Shown here piece by piece: positions 18,929-26,379 of a stretch of 32,029 bases of DNA. Positions within the stretch are counted from its first letter, which is position 1. Each line of letters starts with the position of its first letter. Both the position numbers and the translations under genes were made by a program. The notes under the pieces are model-generated. The model made no database searches, had not been told where the DNA came from, and saw only the letters and a program-made list of their open reading frames with translations. The DNA is taken from positions 1 to 32,029 of the IMG/VR virus record IMGVR_UViG_3300016669_000029. One strand, 5' to 3'. Source of the DNA: a virus (Duplodnaviria; Caudoviricetes).

Positions 18929-19134
18929 GCGGCCTTCTCCAGCGGGCGGGCGCGGCGGATCGCCACCACACGCTTCATGAGGTCGGCGGCGAGGGCTTCG
19001 GCCTGGGTGTCGGTGAGGCCAACGGCGGCCCGCGCCTTGCTCTCCCTGTTGAGGAGGTAGACGTCGCCCTCGAACGTCCAGACGCGCAGGGAGTCTCCGG
19101 GGACGCCCAGGTCATCGTACTTCGTCTCTTCCAT
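18925..19134 (-). CDS. Hypothetical protein (69 aa, MEETKYDDLG...)
   Basis: TGATG coupling to the upstream gene. It is the 3' part of track ORF 18925..19557. Confidence 0.65.
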   Translation of the reverse strand: MEETKYDDLGVPGDSLRVWTFEGDVYLLNRESKARAAVGLTDTQAEALAADLMKRVVAIRRARPLEKAA

Positions 19135-19466
19135 CACGCGCAGTCCTTCACGATGGGGGTCCCGGCGAGACCCTGGTTGATGACTTCGAAGGCTTCGGGG
19201 CTGTCGACCATGACCCGCGCCAGCCCGAGACTGAGGAGGGAGACGACCGTCTCCTCGTCCCGCCGGCCGACGCGGGTCACACCGCCAGCCTCCCAGACCG
19301 CGTGCAGCAGCTCGTGCAGCAGCGTCTCGGCCTGGACCTGGGGTGGGTTGTCGGGGTTCAGTTCGATGACCCCGGTATCGAGGTGGCAGAGGCCGTCGAG
19401 GGCCTTCCGCCGGTCTTCCGGGAGGGGCTGGACCACGTAGTGGCGGTGGCCCACCTTGATCCTCAT
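19134..19466 (-). CDS. Small HExxH metallopeptidase-like protein (ImmA/IrrE-like fold)
   Basis: GLC...I.L and ETLLHELLHAVW...EE motifs. Confidence 0.75.
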   Translation of the reverse strand: MRIKVGHRHYVVQPLPEDRRKALDGLCHLDTGVIELNPDNPPQVQAETLLHELLHAVWEAGGVTRVGRRDEETVVSLLSLGLARVMVDSPEAFEVINQGLAGTPIVKDCA

Positions 19467-19615
19467 TCGGGGATCTCCAGCAGCCGGGCGCGGGTCTCGC
19501 GGATCTCCTGCTGGATCTCGAAGAGAGCCGGCCCGGAGGCCTCCCGAGCGCGCGCATGGAGGGCGCGCAGCTCGTCGAGGATGTCCGCCACGATGGGGTT
19601 CGGGTGGCGGGTCAT
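19463..19615 (-). CDS. Hypothetical protein (50 aa)
   Basis: ATGA overlaps on both sides; helical sequence MTRHPNPIVADILDEL... Confidence 0.6.
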   Translation of the reverse strand: MTRHPNPIVADILDELRALHARAREASGPALFEIQQEIRETRARLLEIPE

Positions 19616-20028
19616 GCGGCCGTCTTCTCCGCGATGAGCGCCGAGGCCTGCCCCTTGAGGGGCCGGTCGTCGTTCAGCTTGCCGGCCGCCTTGGCGTCCA
19701 TGACGATGGCCATGCAGGCCGCGACATGCGCCAGGTGGTCGACCCCACTGTCCGAGGCGGTGTCCTCGCCGTCCCACCAGGCCAGCAGGTGGCGCAGCGC
19801 GGCGTCGTAGTAGACGGAGGCCGAGACCGTGTGCTCCCGCCAGTTCATCAGCCCGTACTTCCGCTCGCCGTCCTTCATGGCCTGCCCGATCTGCAGGATG
19901 GCCACGGGCGGGATGCAGCGGAGCGGCGGCTTGGTGAGGCCGATGCGGGTCTTGGGGTTGCCGTCCGGGTAGCCGTCCGGCGGCACGATGGCGTTCGGGT
20001 AGTCGCGCGCCATCAGGCCGGTGCCCAT
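19612..20028 (-). CDS. dATP/dGTP diphosphohydrolase-domain protein (DUF5664-like)
   Basis: NPK...KPPLRCIP, G..KYG..NW, YYDAALRHL..WWDGED..DSGVDHLAH motifs. Start is at 20028 (TGATG) or 20013. Confidence 0.85.
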   Translation of the reverse strand: MGTGLMARDYPNAIVPPDGYPDGNPKTRIGLTKPPLRCIPPVAILQIGQAMKDGERKYGLMNWREHTVSASVYYDAALRHLLAWWDGEDTASDSGVDHLAHVAACMAIVMDAKAAGKLNDDRPLKGQASALIAEKTAA

Positions 20029-20831
20029 CAGGCCGGTGCGGGGGCCTCCGCAGAGGAGGGACGGATCGAGACCCATGGATGTTCTCCTGCGGGCGCCCAG
20101 AGGCGGACCCGCTGCTGATGCTTGTCGAAGTCCCCGAACCGCAGGATGCGGGCGAGGCGAGCTGTCAGGAGGGCGAGCGCGGGGTCGACCTTCCGCGCGC
20201 GGTAGGTGGCCTCGACGCTCTGCCACATTGCAGAGAGGTGTAGTTTGCCGGCGAGCGCCGCCTCGGCCTTCTTCGGGCCGACATTGGGGCAGCCCCCGTA
20301 GCCATCCGCGCTGTCCCCCGTCAGGGTCTGGGTCATCCACACCCGGTCGGCCTCTCGCTCCGTGACGGTCACGGGCCAGCGGTCCTTGGCGGGGTTCAGG
20401 TGGATGCCCGGCAGCGTCCGCATGTCCTTGTCGGTGGACACGGCGACGGCGTCGCGGCCCAGCGGGCTGGTCAGGTAGAGGCCGATCAGGTCGTCGGCTT
20501 CGAGCCCGTCCACGGTGCGGGCCGGGAAGGCCTGTTCCAGGCAGGACTTGGCGAAGGGCAGGGCGACGGGTCGGACGACGCTCTTGCGGTTGGACTTGTA
20601 GGTCGGGCAGATGACCTTGCGGAAGTTCCCCTGGCCCGTCAGCAGGACCAGGGTCTGGTCGCAGCCGGCGGCCTCGGTCCAGGCGCGGGCGGTCTCCGTG
20701 ACGGATGCACGGACCTCGTCCTCGTTGAACCAGGGGTCGCACGGCTCATCGTTCCAGCCCCGCGTGTCGCGCTGGCACACCGCAGCCACGGTATAGGCCA
20801 CGATGTCGCCGTCGATCAGGGCGGTGGTCAC
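20028..20831 (-). CDS. 5'-3' exonuclease (T7 gp6-like)
   Basis: LIDGDIVAY, NFRK...YKSNR, LEADD, DKDMRTLPG and GDSADGYGGCPNVG motifs. Confidence 0.92.
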   Translation of the reverse strand: MTTALIDGDIVAYTVAAVCQRDTRGWNDEPCDPWFNEDEVRASVTETARAWTEAAGCDQTLVLLTGQGNFRKVICPTYKSNRKSVVRPVALPFAKSCLEQAFPARTVDGLEADDLIGLYLTSPLGRDAVAVSTDKDMRTLPGIHLNPAKDRWPVTVTEREADRVWMTQTLTGDSADGYGGCPNVGPKKAEAALAGKLHLSAMWQSVEATYRARKVDPALALLTARLARILRFGDFDKHQQRVRLWAPAGEHPWVSIRPSSAEAPAPA

Positions 20832-20841
20832 AGTCTGATGG

Positions 20842-21027
20842 TCACTCGCCCCGGCCGCTGGCCATCCGCACGATGCGCGCCACGATGACCCCGCCGATGA
20901 TCGCGGAGCCCACGATGGAGGCCAGGAAGACCTCCAGCAGGATCGAGCTGACGGACGCCATGACCATCCCGATGACGAGCATCGGAGTGATCGAGAGCAT
21001 CAGCAGCCAGGGCAGGGCGACCCTCAC
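20842..21027 (-). CDS. Small membrane protein (61 aa)
   Basis: Almost entirely hydrophobic with two TM segments; GTGA coupling to the TerB-like gene. Confidence 0.6.
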   Translation of the reverse strand: MRVALPWLLMLSITPMLVIGMVMASVSSILLEVFLASIVGSAIIGGVIVARIVRMASGRGE

Positions 21028-21470
21028 AGGCCGACCTGCGACAGGCTGAGACCCAGGGCGCTCGCCGCGCGGCGCAGGAAGGCCACCTCAGCCGGCTCGA
21101 TCTCGCCGTCCGCCTTGGCCGCCATCACGCCCATCCGCAGGATGGCGATGCGCTTCTCCTCGGAGGCGCCCTTGCGGCGGACGTCCTCCAGCTCCTTCAC
21201 GCAGGCGTCCTGGCCGATGTCCGTGTCGAACTCGCACTGGTCGGACAGCTCGCGGAACTTCGCCAGGAGCATCGACTGGTCGAACTGCTTGAGGATCGGG
21301 GAGACCTTGAAGCTGGCCAGCAGCTTGGTCTTCTCAGCCTGCTCCAGCTCGCCATCCGCGTAGGCGGTGCCGCACTGGATGGCGACCAGGGCTTCCGCCG
21401 TCTCCCGGTCGTTGAACTTGGAGACCTCGGCCTGGATGTCGGCCAGCTTGGACTTGAAGAAGTTCAGCAT
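21024..21470 (-). CDS. terB: TerB-family (tellurite resistance-like) protein
   Basis: Duplicated A-x-A-D-G-E-x-x-x-x-E motif (AYADGELEQAE, AKADGEIEPAE), 148 aa. Confidence 0.85.
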   Translation of the reverse strand: MLNFFKSKLADIQAEVSKFNDRETAEALVAIQCGTAYADGELEQAEKTKLLASFKVSPILKQFDQSMLLAKFRELSDQCEFDTDIGQDACVKELEDVRRKGASEEKRIAILRMGVMAAKADGEIEPAEVAFLRRAASALGLSLSQVGL

Positions 21471-21509
21471 AGTTCTGCTCTCTGCTTCTGTGCGAAGTAG
21501 TGTCGTCGA

Positions 21510-21698
21510 TCAGCGCGCGGCGATCTGGCCGAGGCGGGTCCGGTAGACCTTCTCGGTGCCGTCCTCGCGGACCTCGACCCAGGCGCCCTGCGGCGTCGCG
21601 GTGAGGCTCAGGAAGACGCCGCTGCGGCGCGGCATGCTGGCGCCACGGCCGGCGGTGGTGAAGGTGATCGCGTCGCCGGGGTTGAAGGCGGTGGACAT
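21510..21698 (-). CDS. Hypothetical protein (62 aa, SH3/KOW-like beta-rich)
   Basis: SD AAGGAG. First gene downstream of a promoter-like repeat; FNPGD start. Confidence 0.7.
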   Translation of the reverse strand: MSTAFNPGDAITFTTAGRGASMPRRSGVFLSLTATPQGAWVEVREDGTEKVYRTRLGQIAAR

Positions 21699-21734
21699 GC
21701 GGGTGGCTCCTTGGCCGGGGTGTGGAAGAGGGGA

Positions 21735-21782
21735 GGAGGCGCCCAGCGGGCACCCCCGTCATGTGGTGTCGTTTGTTGGACA
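21735..21782 (-). promoter_or_regulatory. Putative phage RNAP promoter plus 5' hairpin, copy 1
   Basis: 45/48 identical to 29337-29384; intergenic, directly after the DNA polymerase stop. Confidence 0.75.
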
Positions 21783-21790
21783 GCCGCCGC

Positions 21791-23722
21791 TCAGTGCGTG
21801 ACGGCCCAGTTGGGTCCGACCTTGAACTCGCCGCCCAGGTCGCACTGCAGGCCCAGCCGCTTGCCGGCCTCGTGGATCGCCTCGGAGAACAGCTCCCCGT
21901 ATTCCTCCGCGATCTCCGGGATGCACTCGGTCTGGGCTTCGTCATGCACGTTCGTGACGTAGGCGTAGTGTTCGCCGTGCCGCCAGCCGCGCTTGGGACC
22001 CCATTCGAACTCGACGATGCCGAGGGCCAGCTTCATGGCCGTCGCCTCGCCGTGCTGGAGGAGGCTCACCAGGGCCGCGTGCTTGGCCGCCACGGGCACC
22101 TGCGCGCCCCCGATGCCCACCACGTAGCCACGCTCGGCGCCGGTCGTCTGGACGTCCTCCAGCAGCCGGTCCAGGCCGGGCATGGAGGCGCCCAGCGCGT
22201 CGATGGCGCCCTGGCCGACCAGCTGCAGCACGTTCGCCGTCCGCTTGCCGTCCGCCCAGAGGTCGCGCAGGACCGGGTCGAGCGCCGGCACGTCCTCCAG
22301 CAGCTCCCGCACCGCGTCGCCTTTCCGCAGGTCGATCTTCTGCGGCATGTGCCGCTTCTGATGCTTGATGCGGTCTTCGTTGACGGTCAGGAACATCCGC
22401 TTCGGGAAGCAGCCGAAGACGCGCGCGTACTGGCAGGTCTTGGCACCGTCGCGGGTCACGAGACCCCACGGCTCCAGGCTTCTCAGGTTCAGCGTGTGCC
22501 CGTCCGTGCCCCTCGCCTTGTCGCCCGAGACGAGCTTCTCGGCGTAGACCCCGTTGTCGTAGCGGCAGAGGTAGTGCGCCAGGAAGCGCGCCTGGATCTC
22601 CTTGCCGTCGCAGCCCACCAGAACCCAGCCGGGGCGGGGGATGTAGAGGGAGCGGACCCGCTTGTCCTTGTCGACATTCGCGGTGTTCGGCTTGGAGTGC
22701 GTGCAGCGCCAGGTGATCGCGCCGAGCGTGTTGATGCGTCCGTAGACCCGGTCATCCGGCTGGATCAGCTGAAGCAGGCCCTGGGAGGTCTTGCTCTGCC
22801 CCACCAGCTGGCCCAGCAGCTTGGTCGTGCGGAAGTAGTCGCGGATCAGCAGCGGCCCTTCGCCGCCGATGCCCACCAGCTCGTCCTCGTCGAGCTTCGG
22901 CTTGCCGGCCGGGGTCAGCTTGGTCGGCTTCCAGCCCTCGCGTTGCAGCGCCTCGACGATCTGCTGCCGGGAGTTCAGGTTGATCTCCTGCTCCCAGGTC
23001 TTCACGTACTCGACGCCGGCCACGATGCCGCGCTTGGAGTTGTTCCGCTTGTAGACCTTGGTCTCCGACCGCTGGAGCGGCGGATACATATCCAGCAGCC
23101 GGGTCTTGGCGGCCTGCTGCTCGGCCAGGAGGTCCCCGTGCAGGCGCTCGGCCGCCGGGCGGTCGATCATGACGCCGTTCTGCTCCTGCATCGCCATGGC
23201 GTAGGCGAAGCGGTGCTCGGTGACCCACTGGTGGAGGCGCCGGTCGCCCGACCCCCGGCCCCATTCCATGACGTGCTTGACCCGATGCCAGAGGGTGCGG
23301 CCGGCGTGGATGTCCTGGCGGGAATAGTCCGCGAACTCGCGGGTCCAGACATCGTAGGGACCCTTGAAGGAGCCCTTCATGGTCCCGGTGCGGCGGCCCC
23401 AGGCCTCCAGCGAGTGGTTGCGCTCCTTGATCTCGGCCATGCGGGCCAGGACCAGGGTGTCGCGCACCTGCTCGAACCGGACGGTGCCGGGGTGGATCTT
23501 GTTGATGGCCCAGAGGTCGAACCCCAGGCCGTTGTGGAAGACGAGCTGCCCGGCGTCGCGGAGCCGCTCCAGGCCCTCCTTCAGGGGCCGGTCGCAGAAC
23601 TCCACGTCGCCATAGAGCAGGGCCTCGTCGCCGTCAGCGGTGCCCAGCTGGATGCACCAGAGCTTGGTCATCGCCTTCAGCAGATTGTCGGTCTCGCAGT
23701 CCGCGATGAGGGTCTCGTTCAT
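21791..23722 (-). CDS. DNA polymerase family A (T7 gp5-like) with 3'-5' exonuclease domain
   Basis: Exo motifs DCET, HNGLGFD and YSRQD; polymerase motifs A (VGCDGKEIQAR), B (RDGAKTCQYARVFG) and C (VHDE). SD GGAG. Confidence 0.95.
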   Translation of the reverse strand: MNETLIADCETDNLLKAMTKLWCIQLGTADGDEALLYGDVEFCDRPLKEGLERLRDAGQLVFHNGLGFDLWAINKIHPGTVRFEQVRDTLVLARMAEIKERNHSLEAWGRRTGTMKGSFKGPYDVWTREFADYSRQDIHAGRTLWHRVKHVMEWGRGSGDRRLHQWVTEHRFAYAMAMQEQNGVMIDRPAAERLHGDLLAEQQAAKTRLLDMYPPLQRSETKVYKRNNSKRGIVAGVEYVKTWEQEINLNSRQQIVEALQREGWKPTKLTPAGKPKLDEDELVGIGGEGPLLIRDYFRTTKLLGQLVGQSKTSQGLLQLIQPDDRVYGRINTLGAITWRCTHSKPNTANVDKDKRVRSLYIPRPGWVLVGCDGKEIQARFLAHYLCRYDNGVYAEKLVSGDKARGTDGHTLNLRSLEPWGLVTRDGAKTCQYARVFGCFPKRMFLTVNEDRIKHQKRHMPQKIDLRKGDAVRELLEDVPALDPVLRDLWADGKRTANVLQLVGQGAIDALGASMPGLDRLLEDVQTTGAERGYVVGIGGAQVPVAAKHAALVSLLQHGEATAMKLALGIVEFEWGPKRGWRHGEHYAYVTNVHDEAQTECIPEIAEEYGELFSEAIHEAGKRLGLQCDLGGEFKVGPNWAVTH

Positions 23723-23752
23723 GGTGCTCCATCAGGATGCATACTGGTGTTG

Positions 23753-24220
23753 TCAGAGGGTGCCGTAGAACCTGACCAGCCGCGAGAAGTCGTCCACGTC
23801 CCGCCAGTCGCGGGTCGCGGCGAGCGTCCGCAGGTCGGGCAGGGACAGGGCGCGCTTCATGCTGTTGGCCCGCGCGGAGACGATCAGGCAGTTGCCCGGC
23901 GTATAGCCGCCCGCGTTGTCGATGCGGTCCACGGTGGCCGAGGCGAAGTTCTGCCCCTGGCCGAACAGCCCGCCGATCTGGAGGGGAATGCCCAGGACCG
24001 GGCAGACGACCGGCAGGTTGCGCTCCAGCCAGTCGACCGTCAGGTCGCAGGCCAAGCCCTTCCGGCGGGCGCGGTAGGCGGCATTGGCTCGGGTCAGCTG
24101 CGCCCAGCGGCGCCGTGTGCTGACGCCGGGACCCTGGCCCAGATAGGCGCGGGGCCGGGCACTAGAAAGGCGGGTCGTCGTCGGCGCGAGCGCCGGCAGC
24201 AGTGCTCCGTCGAGGGGCAT
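23753..24220 (-). CDS. HNH-like (His-Me finger) endonuclease-related protein
   Basis: RARRKGL, CPVLGIPL and TVDRIDNAGGYTPGNCLIVSARANSMK patterns. Overlaps the helicase 3' end by 59 nt. Confidence 0.75.
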   Translation of the reverse strand: MPLDGALLPALAPTTTRLSSARPRAYLGQGPGVSTRRRWAQLTRANAAYRARRKGLACDLTVDWLERNLPVVCPVLGIPLQIGGLFGQGQNFASATVDRIDNAGGYTPGNCLIVSARANSMKRALSLPDLRTLAATRDWRDVDDFSRLVRFYGTL

Positions 24221-25256
24221 TCTTCTCTTCTTTCGGTTGATCGGGGAGCACGCACTCGACCATTCGGCCCGTGCGGCGGTCGTAGAAGGTGTGCCCCATG
24301 ACCCCGGTGAATCCGGTGTCGCGGGACTTCAGGGAGCGCCAGCGGGCGACGTCGCGCTTGCTGATGGACCGCAGCTCGCCGTCCACGGTGGTGACCTCGA
24401 TGTCGTCCTCGTCCTGCTGGTTCCGCTCCATGGCGATCACGGCGTCGGACAGTTGGGCGATGGACTGGGACCCGCGCAGATCCGCGAGGGTGACCCGGCC
24501 GCCTTCCTCGTGGGACTTCTCGCCGCCGCTTACCCGCTTGAGGTGGCAGACGGCGTGCAGCGTGATCCCGGTGTTCTCCACCAGGGCGCGCAGCTGGGTC
24601 ATGAGGCGGTCGATGGTGGTGCGCTCGTCGGCGGCCTTGCCGTCCGCCTGAGCCGACATGTCCGAGACCACGATGGAGATGTGGTCGAGGATGATGGTCT
24701 TCGCGCCGCAGCCGACCGCGAGGTAGCGGAGCTTCGAGACGAGGTCGCCGCCGTCCAGGGAGCCGAAGTGATCGAAGGTCCAGAAGCGGCCGTTGGCGAC
24801 CGTCTCCTCGAAGGCCCTGCGGATCGCCGGGTCCGACTTGTCGAAGCCGCCCAGCATCAGCCGGCGGTTCAGGTGGAGCCCCACATAGCCGAGGCCCGTC
24901 TTGCCGACATTCTCCTCCAGCCGCACATCCGCGACCGGCATGCCGTGGTGCATCAGGTCGTAGTAGGCGACCTCCCGCACGGCGGTGGACTTGCCCATGC
25001 CCGAGCCCGAGACCCACATGATCAGCCGGCCGGGATAGGCGCCGCCGATCCCCTTCTCGGTCCCGTTGAGGAAGGTGAAGCAGGTCTCGCGGCCGGGGAT
25101 GGCCGCCGCCATCATGGCGTCCCAGAGATCCTTCCCCTCGACGATCCCGCCGGGACGCCAGGCGCGGGCCTCGTAGACCGCCGAGGTGATCTTCTTGAGG
25201 TAGCTCGGGTCTCGCTTCGCGGCCTGCAGCAGGTCGCTGGCGTCCTTCATGTTCAT
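24162..25256 (-). CDS. DnaB/T7 gp4-like helicase, starting with the final TOPRIM motif (C-terminal half of a split primase-helicase)
   Basis: N-terminal KDASDLL, then linker RPGGIV, Walker A SGSGMGKST, LEE, IILDHISIV, VCHLKR, DLRGSQSIAQLSD and LKSRDTGFTG. Start is at 25256 or 25250. Confidence 0.92.
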   Translation of the reverse strand: MNMKDASDLLQAAKRDPSYLKKITSAVYEARAWRPGGIVEGKDLWDAMMAAAIPGRETCFTFLNGTEKGIGGAYPGRLIMWVSGSGMGKSTAVREVAYYDLMHHGMPVADVRLEENVGKTGLGYVGLHLNRRLMLGGFDKSDPAIRRAFEETVANGRFWTFDHFGSLDGGDLVSKLRYLAVGCGAKTIILDHISIVVSDMSAQADGKAADERTTIDRLMTQLRALVENTGITLHAVCHLKRVSGGEKSHEEGGRVTLADLRGSQSIAQLSDAVIAMERNQQDEDDIEVTTVDGELRSISKRDVARWRSLKSRDTGFTGVMGHTFYDRRTGRMVECVLPDQPKEEKNAPRRSTAAGARADDDPPF

Positions 25257-25265
25257 TTTTTGTTC
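25251..25265. promoter_or_regulatory. Alphaproteobacterial LexA (SOS) box
   Basis: GTTC-ATTTTTT-GTTC, an exact GTTC-N7-GTTC with an AT-rich spacer, overlapping the helicase start codon. An extra GTTC lies at 25268-25271. Confidence 0.7.
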
Positions 25266-25277
25266 TCGTTCTGCGAT

Positions 25278-25493
25278 CTATACGGGTTTGCGGAGACGCC
25301 GGAGACCGCGAAGTTCCCAGACCAGGGTGATCGGGTCGCCGGTCTGCGTGCGCTGAACGGGGTAGGTTCGCAGACCGGAGGCATGGAGTTTTGCTTCGAT
25401 GGTCCGGATGACATTCTCGACGTAGCCCTCCGGGGCCACGGTCAGCTCCAGCGAACTGATCGTGCGCTGACAGAAGAAGCGGAGGTCGCTCAC
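25278..25493 (-). CDS. Hypothetical protein (71 aa) inside the primase/helicase break
   Basis: The GTG start overlaps the primase stop (GTGA), and the ORF fills almost the whole gap (VSDLRFFCQRTISSLELTV...). Confidence 0.6.
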   Translation of the reverse strand: MSDLRFFCQRTISSLELTVAPEGYVENVIRTIEAKLHASGLRTYPVQRTQTGDPITLVWELRGLRRLRKPV

Positions 25494-26194
25494 TGAGGCG
25501 TCTCCACGATTTTCACCTTGCCGGGGGTCAGGAGGCCGGCGCACCGCTGGACCGCCTCGCGGCCATGCTTGTCGGCGTCGAACCAGAAGACCACGCTGTC
25601 GTAGCTCTCCAGCCACTCCAGCGACTGCTTGATGTCCTCCACCGCGCCCTTGCAGCCGCGCTTGATGGACACCACGGGCCAGGTGAGGTTGAAGGCCTGG
25701 GCGACGCTCGCGGCGTCGAACTCGCCCTCGGTCACCACGACGCGCTTGCCGCCGGACTTCCAGAGGTGCTGGCCGAACAGCCCTGCCTTCTTCGGAGACC
25801 CGATGAAGGGCATGTTCTCCTTGTCGCCGGGGTAGCGCATCTTCTGCGCCACCACGTCGAGGCCGGTGGCCGCGTCCCGGTAGTCGAACAGCGAGACCGG
25901 GTTGCCCTTGCTGTCGAGACCCACCTTGATGCCGAACTTCCGGCAGGTGTCCTCGCTGAGGTTCCGCGACGGGAGCGCGCGGAACTCGCCTTCGATGAAG
26001 TCCTCCATCACGGTCCTCTTGCGGTGGCTGGTGCTGGGTCCCGCGCCGTCCAGCCAGTGGTGGGCGTCGCAGGAGAAGCAGTGGGTGTGGCGCCGGCCGT
26101 CGTCGTGCTCGTACTCGGCGCAGGCATCGGAGGACCCGCAGTCCTCGCAGGGTCCCTTGCCGACGAGCCAGCTCTCGCCCTCGCCGGCCTCCAT
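25490..26194 (-). CDS. DNA primase, N-terminal half (Zn-binding domain plus most of TOPRIM) of a T7 gp4-like protein
   Basis: CEDC...HCFSC zinc motif, QKMRY, LFGQ, VTEGEFDA and WFDAD. Ends at GKVKIVETPQ. TGATG coupling at the start. Confidence 0.92.
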   Translation of the reverse strand: MEAGEGESWLVGKGPCEDCGSSDACAEYEHDDGRRHTHCFSCDAHHWLDGAGPSTSHRKRTVMEDFIEGEFRALPSRNLSEDTCRKFGIKVGLDSKGNPVSLFDYRDAATGLDVVAQKMRYPGDKENMPFIGSPKKAGLFGQHLWKSGGKRVVVTEGEFDAASVAQAFNLTWPVVSIKRGCKGAVEDIKQSLEWLESYDSVVFWFDADKHGREAVQRCAGLLTPGKVKIVETPQ

Positions 26195-26379
26195 CACGCC
26201 ACCCGCCACGTCAGCGTCAGGGCGCTCTTCGTGGCTCCCACGCGGAGGGCGTCCAGCGCCTTGGCGTCGTCCGGCTGGGGCAGGGCGGCCACCACCGCGT
26301 GGTTCGGGTAGGCGGCCTTGAGCGCCGCGACGACCTCCCGCATGGAGAAGACCGCCTCGCGCGTGATCGTGCTCTGCAT
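26194..26379 (-). CDS. Hypothetical protein (61 aa)
   Basis: TGATG coupling on both sides. Confidence 0.7.
   Translation of the reverse strand: MQSTITREAVFSMREVVAALKAAYPNHAVVAALPQPDDAKALDALRVGATKSALTLTWRVA

Noticed and set aside
19612-20028. Diaminopurine (Z) genome pathway suggested by the dATP/dGTP diphosphohydrolase
   Set aside because: No PurZ-like or other base-synthesis gene is in the window, and this domain also occurs in phages without such a pathway.
21462-21475. Second LexA box at the terB start (GTTC-AGCATA-GTTC)
   Set aside because: The spacer is 6 nt rather than the required 7.
25257-25492. Group I or group II intron in the primase-helicase gene
   Set aside because: I could not identify group I core elements or group II GUGCG/domain V ends. 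The gap is almost filled by a coupled ORF and ends in a LexA-type box. A covariance-model search would be needed to exclude this fully.
25383-25496. 37-aa + strand ORF (MEFCFDGPDD...) as an SOS-driven gene
   Set aside because: Its GGAGG is only 1 nt from the ATG, and the ORF is the antisense shadow of the better-coupled 71-aa ORF.
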